Shown piece by piece: positions 1 to 12,500 of a stretch of 64,000 nt of DNA (positions are counted from its first letter, which is position 1; the number at the start of each line of letters is the position of its first letter). Position numbers and translations under genes: made by a program. Below the pieces are notes generated by a model. That model saw nothing but the letters and a program-made list of their open reading frames with translations, did not search any database and had not been told where the DNA came from. This stretch comes from Euglena gracilis (lineage: Eukaryota). Location of the stretch: contig CP154954.1 in NCBI GenBank assembly GCA_039621445.1, positions 15,580,140-15,644,139 of the forward strand, in the 5' to 3' direction.

Positions 1-501
1 CGGGCCCGATTTTGGGGGGGTCCCCGGACCCCCCCCCCCCCCCCCCCCCCCCCGGGGGGGTCCCGCGCCACCCTGGGTGGGTGGGGGGGGACCCCCCCTC
101 CCCCCCCCGGGGGTCTTAAAAAGAAGCCTGATGGTGGGATTGGGCACAGGCTTCTTTTTAAGTCAAAGACCCCCCTGGGGGGGGATGGGTCTGGGGCTGG
201 ACCCCGCGGGGGGGGGTCCTGGGCCAGATGCCTGGTTATGGGTTTCGGCACGAAGTGCCAGAAATTCTTTGGGAAATGGCCTCAGACGGCGCGGTTTTTG
301 GGAGCCCCCCTCCCGCCTGGATTTGTATCGACCATGCGGCAACGTTTGGGCAGCCACTGGCTCGTGGTTCTTGCGTGGACCCCTTTTCCAGGACGGAATT
401 TTGGTTGATTTTGGGGTTGCGAAGAAAGAACTTATTGGCCCTGACCACCAGCCCGGGGCAAATGCAACAAAATCGCATTGAGAGCGCAGGGCCCTGGCAA
501 C

Positions 502-537
502 GACCTTCGCCCGCCGCGATTCGATATCCCACGGCTG
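502..537 (+). CDS. Gene A exon [12 protein letters not shown]
   Basis: Preceded by CTG at -8..-6 (494-496). Paralogous exon at 63846-63881 differs almost only by synonymous changes. Confidence 0.85.
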
Positions 538-3500
538 GGTCTGCCCACTTCTGCCCCTGGTGGCAATGGGATTGGAAAGTCCCTGTGTCCTGGACTCAGA
601 CTGGTCAGCCGCATGGCCCAGCAATGTTCTTACTGTGTTATTATTTTTCAATCTTTTATTATGTTAGTTCATAATTATTATATTTTACATCATTATTGCA
701 TCATAGCATTATATTATTAATTATTATCCTAATATAATATCAGATTTTTTATTTTATTTTAGTATCATATTCTTTATTTCCAACCCTGAACCGAAATCCC
801 TGTTGTTGTTTTTTTTTCTGACAAACTTGTGACAAAAGTCTCTTCAAACTTCATGGTAAAGTTGTGATTCCATTTGGTTTCGCCTGAAATACTTTTCCCG
901 ACCAACATCATTGCATGTTTTCTTGCAAATTTCCGTTTACACCATTCGAAGCCGAAGGGAGTTATATGACTTGCACCGTGGAATAACCCCCCCCCCACCA
1001 GTCATAAACCCTCTCCGCTCCCTTTTTGTTCAAACCCAATCGAGGAAGATTACTTGGCAGGCTACTTGTCCAGTCAGAAGACCCCCAGGGTGGGGGGGAT
1101 GGGGGGGGTCCAGGGCCGGACCCCCCCCCCCCCCCGCCTGGCGGGGTCCTGCACCGGGCTGAATGGGTGGGGTGTGGGCCCCCCCTCCCCAGGGGTATTA
1201 AAAAGATGTCTGGTATTTGGCCCGTCTCTGATGTGGGCGGAGACATGGTTGTTTTTTTCGTTCTCTTCTCCAGCATGAGTTGTATTGGGACTTAGTGCCA
1301 TTTCAGGTGGCCATGTCCTGATGGTTCGGGAGTGGATACCATGTTTGTGTGTGCCAGTGCTGTCTTTGCCTGTGTCTGGAAGAGGGCAGGGGTGCCAGGC
1401 AGCCGCTTTCACTGGCCAGACTTTCACCGTAATGCAAGGCCACCCGGTGTTCTCCCAGGTGTCGGTGATCGGCAGTTTCCAGGACCCCACGGATGACCAG
1501 GCGCGATTTCCTCTTTTGATGAACGTCTCCGCAACCTTTCACACCTTCTTCTTTCAGGTGTGGAATTCGCCCTTTAACTGGTGATTTTTCGAATGGTGTT
1601 TGCAAATGCGTGTGTACCTGTCCCATCTTGAGGTTGCCATTTTTCCTGCTGGGGAGGTGTCACATGGTCCCTCTGACGTGCAAGGTGAGGTAGGTATAGT
1701 TGCATTCAGGTGTCAAAGTCAAGTTGACCACCTGGAGAATAAAAGCTGGGTCTCATTGGCGGGTCATATTGCGAGGGTGGGATGCAAACTCATTTCGTTT
1801 TTTGTGTTTTTGATATTGCCAAAATTTGTGGATTTTTTTGTATTCTTTCCCCTCTGGTTTATTGATTTTGAGAAATTCTGCACTTTGGCCCCGATTTTCC
1901 CCCTAGTTTTGTTAAAGCTTTGTCATTTGTGGCTTTTGCCCTCAAATTGCACATCTTTCGATCCAGGATGCTCCCAAAATCTACATAAAAAATGCATGAT
2001 GAAAATTTTTTTCCTGGAGAATGTGGAAACTTTTCGAAGTCTTCTCCTGCAGAAAAGAGCACATCCCCAGGCATTTTTGAAGGAATTTTCTGCATACTGT
2101 GTATGACCAGGTTATTCAATGGGGGCGGGTTTATGTATGGTGTCGAAGGAGGGTTTATGCCAAAGGGGTTGGCAAGAACCTCCCCCAGATTCCTCCAAAG
2201 GCCCAATGGTGTGATCTGAGGGGGCTGAGTAAGGGGAATATGGGACGATTGGATGGGGTTTGAGGCAAAATTACGAGTCTTGTTCCCTATCGACCCAATA
2301 CTCTCTACAAAAAGTCCCAAATTCACATCCGTTGAGCTTTTCTGACCTCAATGATACCCCAATGTCACTTTTTGGTCAAAATTCATTTTAGAAATCATTT
2401 TAGAAATAATAATTTGATTGGTTGCATCCATCTGATGACAGGAGCAGAGAAACATTCAAGAAAGTTTCCGACAGTGCACACTGTCCCAGTTGCATATACA
2501 TGTGCACAAACACATATGCAAATACAGTGACTGCTTGCAGTTGCCACCAGGGCGTTTTTTTTTTTAAACAACCCCCAGGGGGTCCAGCTCAGAGGCTGAA
2601 AAATTTGTGCTGGCTGGAATCAGGTTGCTGGCTGACCCTCCCGCGCCGCTAGAGGTCCCAGGCTGGAGCTGGGGCCGGCCCAAGGTCGAACTAGGTACCA
2701 AAAAATTGAAAGCGCAAAAAATGTCCAAAAAAACTGCCAATTATGCAAAAAAAAATATATTTTTGGCCCCAATTTTTCCAATCTCAACCTGACCCAATTT
2801 CGCGCATTTTTGACCAATTTTTTGGCCCATTTTTTTTGGTTTTCTTGCCCCCAGGGCAAGAAAACTTGACCCCACCCCCTGGGGGGGTCAGCCAGCAGCC
2901 TTTTTCCAGCCAGTTGCCTTCTTTCGGCCCTGAGATTTTTACTTCTTTATTTATTTATTTAGGTTTATTTATTTCCAGCCACTCTTCGGGTGGCTGCATG
3001 GTAATGGCTTTTTCACTTTCCGGGGCATAAAAAACCATCCTTTTTGAAAAGTCGCAACATCCGCCCCAAAAATTCATCGCCTGGCCCTTATTTGCACCCT
3101 TGGGGAGCTCAACCTGGCGAGGGGGGGGCTTTGTGTTTTTCTGGTTGGTGTTAGATTAGTAGCGTGGCAAAACGTTGCCAAATTTTTCACCTGTGGTCAT
3201 ATAAATCAGATTGTTGGTGGATTTTGAGGATTGTCTTTCGTCGCGCTGCATTTCTTTCAACACAAAGCAATGTGTCTGGTCACCCGTCCAAGGTTTCGCG
3301 TTGCCCCTGCCCCTGGTTCCTACATCCCCACTTTCTTTGTGACGTTCGTGGCGTTCTACAACAATTTCCTCAACAGCACCTCCGGGAACCGCACAGTGTA
3401 CAGCACCCCAATGGCGATGGCCGCCAACGAAAAGGTGTCAGTTCTGGGCTGGGGCCGCCCTGAATTGTTCCGTTCTCTGTTTTTTTTGATTGCAACAGAT

Positions 3501-6500
3501 GAAAGAAGAAAGAAGCAAAAGAGAAGTTTTGTTTCCTGAAGGAAAAATATTATTTTCTTTTGGAGGAAACTCCTGTTCGTTGTATTACTTTTCACCTCTG
3601 TTTCCATCCCTTCCTCCAAATCCATCCTTGTTTCTTTATTTAAGAAAATCGAAGCCGCACTTTTTGACAGATGCATTTTTTTAGGGTTGCGGACAAAGTG
3701 TGGACCCACAAATCAACGTGACGCAGGTGGACCAGATCACAGGAAAGCCAACACGCTTGATTGCGTCTCAACCCGCTCCCTCTGCCTACTACGACAGGCC
3801 CCACCCTCAAAGCCCATTTTTTTGGCCATGCTCATGCTTAAGATGGGGTGTGGGTACCCGGAGACCCTGGGATTTGTGTGTGATTCGAAGAATCTTAAAC
3901 AGAGGACCAAACCGTCAGAAAATGTATTTTTTCTGGTCAAAATATTCAAGGTGCCCAGCATATTCCACAGCTCAGGAATCGTGGCGGGTGGGGAAGTTGC
4001 ATTGTCGGAGTTGATGGCAAGAGAGCCCCCACAGAAGTGGCGAATCTATTTTTTTTACACCTCCAGGCCATGGATCCAGCCAGCCTCAAACCTCATCCGT
4101 ACCCGCACATTGTTGTTCGTTAAATTGGAGAAAATTCACGACAAACATCAGAGGTTTTTTTTTGGTCACACCTTCACACATTTACACATTTACACATATT
4201 TTCACACATTTATCGGGTTGCACATTTGCTCGTCCTCGTCTTCGATTTCTCAACTCCCTGCCCACGCCCCCCCCCCCCCCCCCCCCCCCGGGGCTCAGTC
4301 GTTGTCAGTGTGGCAACCCGCCCTTCCCCCTCCCCCCCAAGAGTGGCGCCGGGCCCCAAGCTGCCGCAGTGGGAGAACGGCTGGCTGCCGACGATGGCGT
4401 TCAACAAGTGGACGGGCCAAGTGGCACTGGTCCGCCGGCAGAGCACAGGGGCCGGCCCGTGGCATCCGTTCCCCCGGGGCTTGTGGCCCCTCATGGAACC
4501 AGGATGCAAGGTGCTTAAAATTGATGTAAAAGGGCATTTTTTTTTGCTCTTTTACAATTTTGAGCCCTCTTTGGGGCCAGCACCCCCCGGGTTGGCCCCT
4601 AGGGGAAGGCACCCCATAGTACCCCATCTGACCCCCCCTTGGGGGGGTTGGGTTTGGGGGGTGCCTGCCCATAGCAGGCACCCCCCAAAACCCAAGCCGG
4701 AGTCGGAGGGGGTGCCTGCCCATAGCAGGCACCCCCTCCGACCCCGGCGCCAAAGGCGCCGGGGACACAGAAAAAGCCATTTTCAATAAAAATTTTCTGG
4801 GTCCCCACCGGAACCCCCGGAACCCCCCCCGGGGGTCTCACCACGCAGCAAACTGGGCCAGAAGCGAAGTTAGCGCCGGCCATAAACAGACAAGAAGCCT
4901 TAGTGCAACTAAGGGGGGGGGGGTGCCTGCCAGGGGCAGGCACCCTGTACCCCCCCCCCCCCGGTCGGTAAGCACAAGCCTGGGGTCAACCACCCCCCAC
5001 CACCTCTTCCCATTTTTCTGGTGGCACCAATTTTTGGACCCAAATTTTTTTTCCCCGCCGCCTTTGGCGCCAGGTGTACTTTGGACCCATTTTGGGACCC
5101 ATGTAGGACGCCTCAAAAACCCCCCAAAACCCCATTTTTCACACCTTCCAAAATTTCAACATTTTCTCAAGATTTTGATTTTGAGAGTATTTTTTGAAGC
5201 AAAAAAATGCCATTGAAAATCCAAAATTCAGTAAAATTTGATTGTGAAAATTTGGTTGTGAAAAATTGTGGTTTTCCATCAAAAAACCATGTGTTTGGGG
5301 TTCAATTTTCAGAAAAAAAATTCAAAAAGTTTCCCTGGCTTACACCCCCGTTTCCCCAAAATTGGTGAAAATGCTGTAGTGGGTGGTGGTCGACCCCCCA
5401 TCCCGGCTGGGATGTCACGGGAGGAAACGTCGTGGGAGGTTGGTTGGGTCGCGACCGGCTGCCGCCCAACCAAATTGTCATTTTGGTTGGGCCGCGGCCG
5501 GCTGCGGCCCAACCAAATCATTTTTTTGGGTTGGTCTGCGGCCGGCCGTGGCTGGCTGCGGCCGGCCGTGACCCAACCAAATCACTGTTGTTGGTTGGGC
5601 CGTGGCGACCCAACCTCCCACGAACCCACCTCCCATGACCTACCCCCCCCCCCCACCTCCCGGGTGGGTGGGTCGACCCCTCCCCCCACCAGGCCTTCCC
5701 GTTCTGCCCTGCCCCCCCCGGGTGGGTGGGTGGGTGGGTCCGGACCCCCTCCCCCCGCCTTGGGTCCTACCCCCCCCTCCCCTAGTCGTACGACCACCCC
5801 TCATTTACGACCACCCCCCGGTCACAGGTTGCAGGTCATGGGGGTGTTATGACCACCCCCCCGGTCACAGGTTGCAGGTTGCGAAAAATTTAACACCACC
5901 TTACCTATGACCGCCCCCTCAGTTACGACCACCCCCCGGTCACAGGTTGCAGGTTATGGGGGTGTTACGACCACCCCCCCTGGTCACAGGTTGCAGGAAC
6001 CCGGTCGTACGACTAGGGGAGGGGGGGGGGTAAAAATCCCCCTGAGGGTCGGCCCCTGGGCCCAGTTCGCAGCCCAGAACGGGACGTGGATGCTGCTGAC
6101 GATCAACATCGCGGCGGCGACCCTCAGCGACCAGCTGCAGAGCGAGCTGGCCGGGTTCCCGGATGGCCAAGTGCCCCCTTCAGGAGTGCGAGGAAGGGAG
6201 ATACCCGCCCCCAGGGCAGAACGGGAATCGGCCAAACAACCAGGGTGGTGGGTGGGGGGTTCGACCACCCCTCCCCCACCACCTCTTCCCGTATTTCCGG
6301 AAGGACCAATTTTTTCGACCGAAATTTTTTTTCCCAAAATGTTTTTTTTTACCCATTTTGGGACCTTTCAAAAAACCCCCAAAACCCCATTTTTTACACC
6401 TTCCAAAAATTCAACGTTTTCTCAAAATTTTGATTTTGAGAGGTTTTTGAAGCAAAAAAATGCCATTGAAAATCCAAAAAAAATCGAAGACAAAAAATGT

Positions 6501-9500
6501 CAGTAATGTCAGTTTTGACTGTGCCAAAATTTGGTGCACTTTTTTTTTGACCTTCTTTTTTTTCCACCCCCCTCCTAAAAACTAGCAATTTTTAACCCTG
6601 AAATTGTTGAGATTTTTTTGTGAAAAAAATGTGGTTTTCCATCAAAAACCATGTACAGTATATGTAGTCATTTTTCAAAAAAAAATAAAAATTTTCACCA
6701 GCCAAAATCCCTGTTAACCCAAAATTTGCGAAAATGCTGTGGTGGGGGGGTTGTATGCATGCATGCATGTACGTACATACGTACGTATGTATGTATGTAT
6801 GTATGTATGTATGTATGTATGTATGTATGTGTATGTATGTATGTATGTATGTATGTATGTATGTATGTATGTATGTATGTATGTATGTATGTATGTATGT
6901 ATGTATGTATGTATGTATGTATGTATGTATGTATGTATGTATGTATGTATGTATGTATGTATGTATGTATGTATGTATGTATGTATGTATGTATGTATGT
7001 ATGTATGTATGTATGTATGTATGTCTGTATGTATGCATGTATGTATGTCTGTCTGTATGTATGTACCTCTCCCCCCCCAAGCCCAATGAACACCCTTGCA
7101 CAATGAACAGTGGTGTTCGGACCGTCTAGATTGTCACCAGATGCTTTTTTTTGTGTCGCCAAGGAAATATTCCTTTGTTGCTTGTCCTCTCCTTGCAGAT
7201 GAGTTCCTCCCAGTTTTCCTTCTTCAAAAATGGCCAAAAATGGCCTAAAATCGCGAAAAATGCCAAAGAAAATAGCAACTCTTTCAAAAAAATTGGCGCT
7301 TTCGTATAGTATACCTAGGAGGGGGCACTGAGACCCCAGCGGTGCCCAGCCTCCTCGCGGCGGGAGGGGGGGCAACGTGTCGAAAAGCATGGCAAACCGG
7401 GCGAGAAATTCTTTTGGTGGTAATGTTTGACCGTCTGAAAACAAACGGATATGCATATGCCGTTCATTGTTGAGCGATTGCACATGCACTGTTTATGCAC
7501 GTTTCAAGGCTACATTGAGAAGGTGACAGAATTAGTGTACACCCATTTCCAATGAACGCCCCCCGTTCGGACCGTCTACATTGTCACCTTAGTGTTCATT
7601 GGGCTGGGTGGGGGGGAGGTATGTATGTATGTATGTATGTATGTATGTATGTATGTATGTATGTATGTATGTATGTATGTATGTATGTATGTATGTATGT
7701 ATGTATGTATGTATGTATGTATGTATGTATGTATGTATGCATGCTTGCATGCATGCATATATGTATGTATGTAACCCCCCCCCCCCAAATAATAAACCCC
7801 CCGGTTTATTATTTGGACACCCGAAGTCGGGGTCCAGGGGGGGTTTATTATTTGGGGGGGTTTATTATTTGGGGGGATTTATTATTTGGGCGGTTTATGT
7901 ATGTATGTATGTATGTATGTATGCATGTATGCATGCATGCATGTATGTATGTATGTATGTATGTATGTATGTATGTATGTATGTATGTATGTATGTATGT
8001 ATGTATGTATGTATGTATGTATGTATGTATGTATGTATGTATGTATGTATGTATGTATGTATGTATGTATGTATGTATGTATGTATGTATGTATGTATGT
8101 ATGTATGTATGTATGTATGTATGTATGTATGTATGTATGTATGTATGTATGTATGTATGTATGTATGTATGTATGTATGTATGTATGTATGGATGGATGT
8201 GTGTATGTATGTATGTATGTATGTATGTATGTATGTATGTATGTATGTATGTATGTATGTATGTATGTATGTATGTATGTATGTCTGTGTGTATGTACAA
8301 ATGTATGTATGTACGTACGTATGTATGTATGGATGGATGGATGGATGGATGGATGTATGTATGTATGTATGTGTGCATATTTATGCCTATAAATATTATG
8401 TGTACATAAATAATAACACCAGAAGGTGAGTTTAATACCTGCTTTCTTGGGGTCACTTGCAGGAGACCGGCTTGTGCTTTTTTTCCGCCAGCCCAATGGC
8501 TACATGATAGCACCCAGCGCTGGCTTTATATTTTGCTGAGTGTGTGATGATGATATGGGGTTAGACAGCAAGGATTTGTAATCCGTGCTTTCCTCTAATG
8601 CCACCCGAATTATGCCATTGCTTGTTGGTGGTCTGAAATGACTCCCCTCGACAATATTCGACATTCAAGGGCGTTCAAGGGGGCTTGTGCCTTGAGTACT
8701 TCTGTTGCTACTTCGTAAATTTGTCAATTCACCGATGACACATTTTTATCATCCTGAGGGATACTATGAAACTAGCAGGGTTTTCTTAAGCCCGAGGGAC
8801 CCTACCTGCGGGGGGTTCAGCCATCCAGCACTTTTTTTCCAGCCAGCACCTCCCTTCCGGGCCAGGCTTGTGCTTAGTCGGGTGCCTACCCCACGGGGGG
8901 GGGTGGGTGCTAGGGGCAGGCACCCCATAGCACCCGATCCGACCCCCCCCCCCCGGGGGGGTAGGGTTTTGGGGGGTGCCTGCCCCTAGCAGGCACCCCC
9001 CTCCGACCCCGGCGCCGAAGGCGCCGGGGGCCCGGAAAAGGCCATTTTCAATGAAAATTTTCTGGGTCCGGCCCGGACCCCTATCCCCCCCGGGGGGGGG
9101 TGTGCCTGCTAGGGGCAGGCACCCTATAGCCCCCCCCCCCCCCCCCCCCCCGGTTGGTAAGCACAAGCATGTTCCGGGCTGCGGACCCCCCCCCCCCATC
9201 GGGGTCCGCTGAAATAAAGTTGTGTCCAGCCCGGCGAAGCCATACTCTACCGAAAATTTTTTGGCGCCGAAAGACTGGAAAAAGAAATTTTTGGCGCCGG
9301 ACTGGACCGAAAAGTGCCGAAAATTTTTGAAATGGAGTCAAGGATGGCCCAAAAATGGCCATTTTGGGTGGTTTTTGGGTTTTTGTCTCCTATTTTTGGC
9401 TGAAAAATGCCAACCCAGCTGGGCTTTTTTGGCATTTTTCGGGTGCCCACCGGGTCCAGCTCCCATACGGGTTCGAACCACCCCACCGGACCCCCCCGGG

Positions 9501-12500
9501 GGGTCCAGCCAGCACCTTTTTTCAACCCAGCACTTTTTTCCAGTCGGCCTCCCCCCCCCCCGGGTCTTTAAGAAAACCCCGGGAAATCAGAATCTGGACA
9601 ATACCATTGCTTGCCGACTGGTGGGAGCGCTTCTGTTCATTTGAAACTACATTTGTACCTTCCTTCCCCGCTGCCCTCTACCCCCTCACCTGCTGTCTTG
9701 TCCTGACCTGTCTCCTCCCTTTGTACCCACTGAACTGTCTGCTAAGGATTTTTTTGAATTATTCTGTTTAAAAAACGACAATTTCCACAGTTAGAAAGAA
9801 ATTCTTTCCAGACATTTTTCCTTGCGTCTGGGTACAAGTTTCAAGAAAAAAACTTTTTTTTTCTCCAAGGTCAAAATAGTCAACTTTTTTTCCCCCAACC
9901 CGGACCCGGAAGTTCCCCCAACCCGAAACTGTCCTCCAACCTCTGTACTCGTTGGCCTGTCCTTACAGGGACCTGTCTCCCTCCTACCTCTGTACTCGCT
10001 GATTTGAGCGAAGCTTACCCCTGTGCAAAAGGGGGGGTCGAACCCCGCTAAATCGCAAGGCTGCCACGCTGTGTTGGGCTGTAAATCGGCCATATTCCGA
10101 TCTAGGCGCGGAGTTGCGTGGAAATCAAAATACTGTTAGATAGGGCATTGTCTGGGCTGCAATTTAGGTCTCCGCACATTTCCTTTGATTTTGCTTCATC
10201 TCCGCGATATTTTTAAAACATCAATTTTTGACCCCGAAAACGACCCAAAATGGTCCCAGAAACGGGCCAAAATTGGCCGAAAAAATGGCCACAACTCGGG
10301 CTACACAAAGAGTTGGGGAAAAAGTAAAGCATGGTTGGATTGGGCATTCCAAGGGCTTCCTTTTTGCTCTCTGGACATTTCGAGATATCTTGGAAAAATC
10401 GATTTTTTGAGCAAAAAAAAACGGTCCAAAACACACCCCACAATGGCCGTTTTGGGCCACAAAAGCGCACCGGAACACGGGCCAGGCGTGTCGGCGGCCA
10501 AAGCGGCGAATGGGGGGCGATAGAGGGCCTCTGGGGATACACTTTGTCAGCGGGACACTACCGGAGTTAATGAACATTTTCTCGAGATATTTTCGAAAAT
10601 TGAATTTTTGACCCATTTTTGGACCCGGCAAAACGACAGAGTCGGAAGAGGGGGGGCCAATCCTACCCCCCCTTCACGGCTGAATAACTCGGGCCTGGCA
10701 GGGAGTTGGGGGTCAAACGGAGGTGATTCGGAAACAAAAAATCCAGTTGCAGGCGACTGAAAGAAATTCCGGGAACGGATCCAGGATCATGGTGATAATT
10801 TGCCAGTCAATTGAGGCACTTAAAATGCCCAATCTAACAGTATTTTGATTTCCCCGAAACTCCCCTAACCCGAGCTACGGCCATTTTCCGGCCAATTTTG
10901 GCCGTTTTGTTCAGTTTTGGCTCGTTTTGACCGTTTTCGGCCATTTTTGGTCAAAAAAAAGTCAAAAAAATCGAAAAATAACTCTTTTTTTTTTAGCCTG
11001 AAACTCTGTTTTTTGACCTCCTGGACCCGGAAAATTTTTTTTGAGCCTAAAATCAAAAGAAAATGAGCGTTTTACGATCCCCCCCCCCGGCGCCCCCTTT
11101 TTGTCCCAAAACCCATGGATTATGGGCCATTTCTGGGTCAAAACAACCAAAAAATCCAAGGAATGGGGTATGCCCAAGTTATTCACACGCGAAGGGGTCC
11201 AATCTGGGTAGGATTGCCCCCCCCCCTCTTTCGACTCTGCCATTTCGCCGGGGTCCAAAAATCGGTCAAAAATCGAAAATATCTCGAGCAAACGTACATT
11301 ATTTTCGGAAATGTCTGATGAAATATACCCCTGAGACCACTCTAATACGCCAAAACCACAACCCCATACCTAAAACTAAAAACACTACTAACTAAACCCC
11401 GCCCAATAAAACCCATTCGCCGTTTTGGCCGCCGAAACGCCTTGGCCTTGTGCTTTTGCGGCCCAAAACGGCCATTTTGCGGTGTTTTTTTTTGGCCGTT
11501 TTTGGGCCAAAAATTGATTTTTTTCTAAAATATCTCAACAATGAAGCAAAATCAAAGAAAATGTTCCAGTGCAAAAATGAAGCCCTTGGAATGCTCAATC
11601 CAACCATGGTTTATTTTTCCCTCAACTCTTCGTGTAGCTTGAGTTACGGCCATTTTTCGGCCAATTTTGGCCCGTTTTAGGGCCATTTGGGGCTGTTTTT
11701 GGGGGTTAAAAAATATCAATGTTTTCAAAATATCTCGGAAATGAAGCAAAATCAAAGGAAACATCCCAGGCCTGCTTTGAAGCCCTTGGAACGCCCTATC
11801 TAACACTATTTTGATTTCCCCGCAACTCCCCATCTAGCTCGAGTTACGGCCATTCTTCGGCCAAGTTTGGCCATTTTGTACAGTTTTTGGCTTGTTTTGA
11901 CTTCGCCGTTTTTTTTGCCAGAAACAATGTTTTTTTTTGCCTCCCGGACCCGGAAAACCTGTCTTTCAGCCGAAAATGAGCATTTTTCGACCCGCCAGCG
12001 TCCCGTTTTGGGCCCGAAACCCATTGACTTTGGGTCAAAACCGGGTCAAAAAAAGTCGAAAAATATCGAAAACAACATTTGCCCGAAACGATGTTCTTTG
12101 GCCTCCCGGACCCGGAAAACCTGTTTTCGAGCCGAAAATGAGCGTTTACGACCCCCCCCCCCGGCGCCCCGTTTTGGGCCTGAAACCCATGGACTTCGGG
12201 TCAAAACCAGGTCAAAAAGTTTGAAAAAAATCCAATAAACCGGGTGTCTGGGGTATGGGGGGGGTTAAGCTTTCATTAACATTTCAAAAATTTTTCGTAA
12301 AATTACTGTAAGTCACCGTAAATTGCAATGATGTCATTTGCAAGTTATAAATTACACGAAATTTGCAATGCAAGTCTTTTCTGGCTTTATTACATGCATG
12401 TCCCATTAAGAGCTCAGCACTATTCAAAACCTGGTGATTAAGTGGGTGTTTATTTTGTTATAATTGTTGAAGTTCGGCAACGATCACCCACATGTAGAAT

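Larger units (their letters stand above)
6753..8375. repeat. (ATGT)n microsatellite interrupted by two MITEs
   Basis: Directly visible tandem repeat. Confidence 0.97.

Noticed and set aside
1459-1557. Conventional AG...GT exon VSVIG...FFFQ
   Set aside because: Cannot be joined in frame to the upstream exon by GT-AG, and the coding-like sequence starts earlier; stem-type boundaries fit better.
6592-8513. Long ORFs of YVCM/TYIH repeats
   Set aside because: Translations of the (ATGT)n microsatellite; the same applies to ORFs at 25.5-26.3, 48.5-49.4, 52.4-52.9 and 60.4-61.2 kb.
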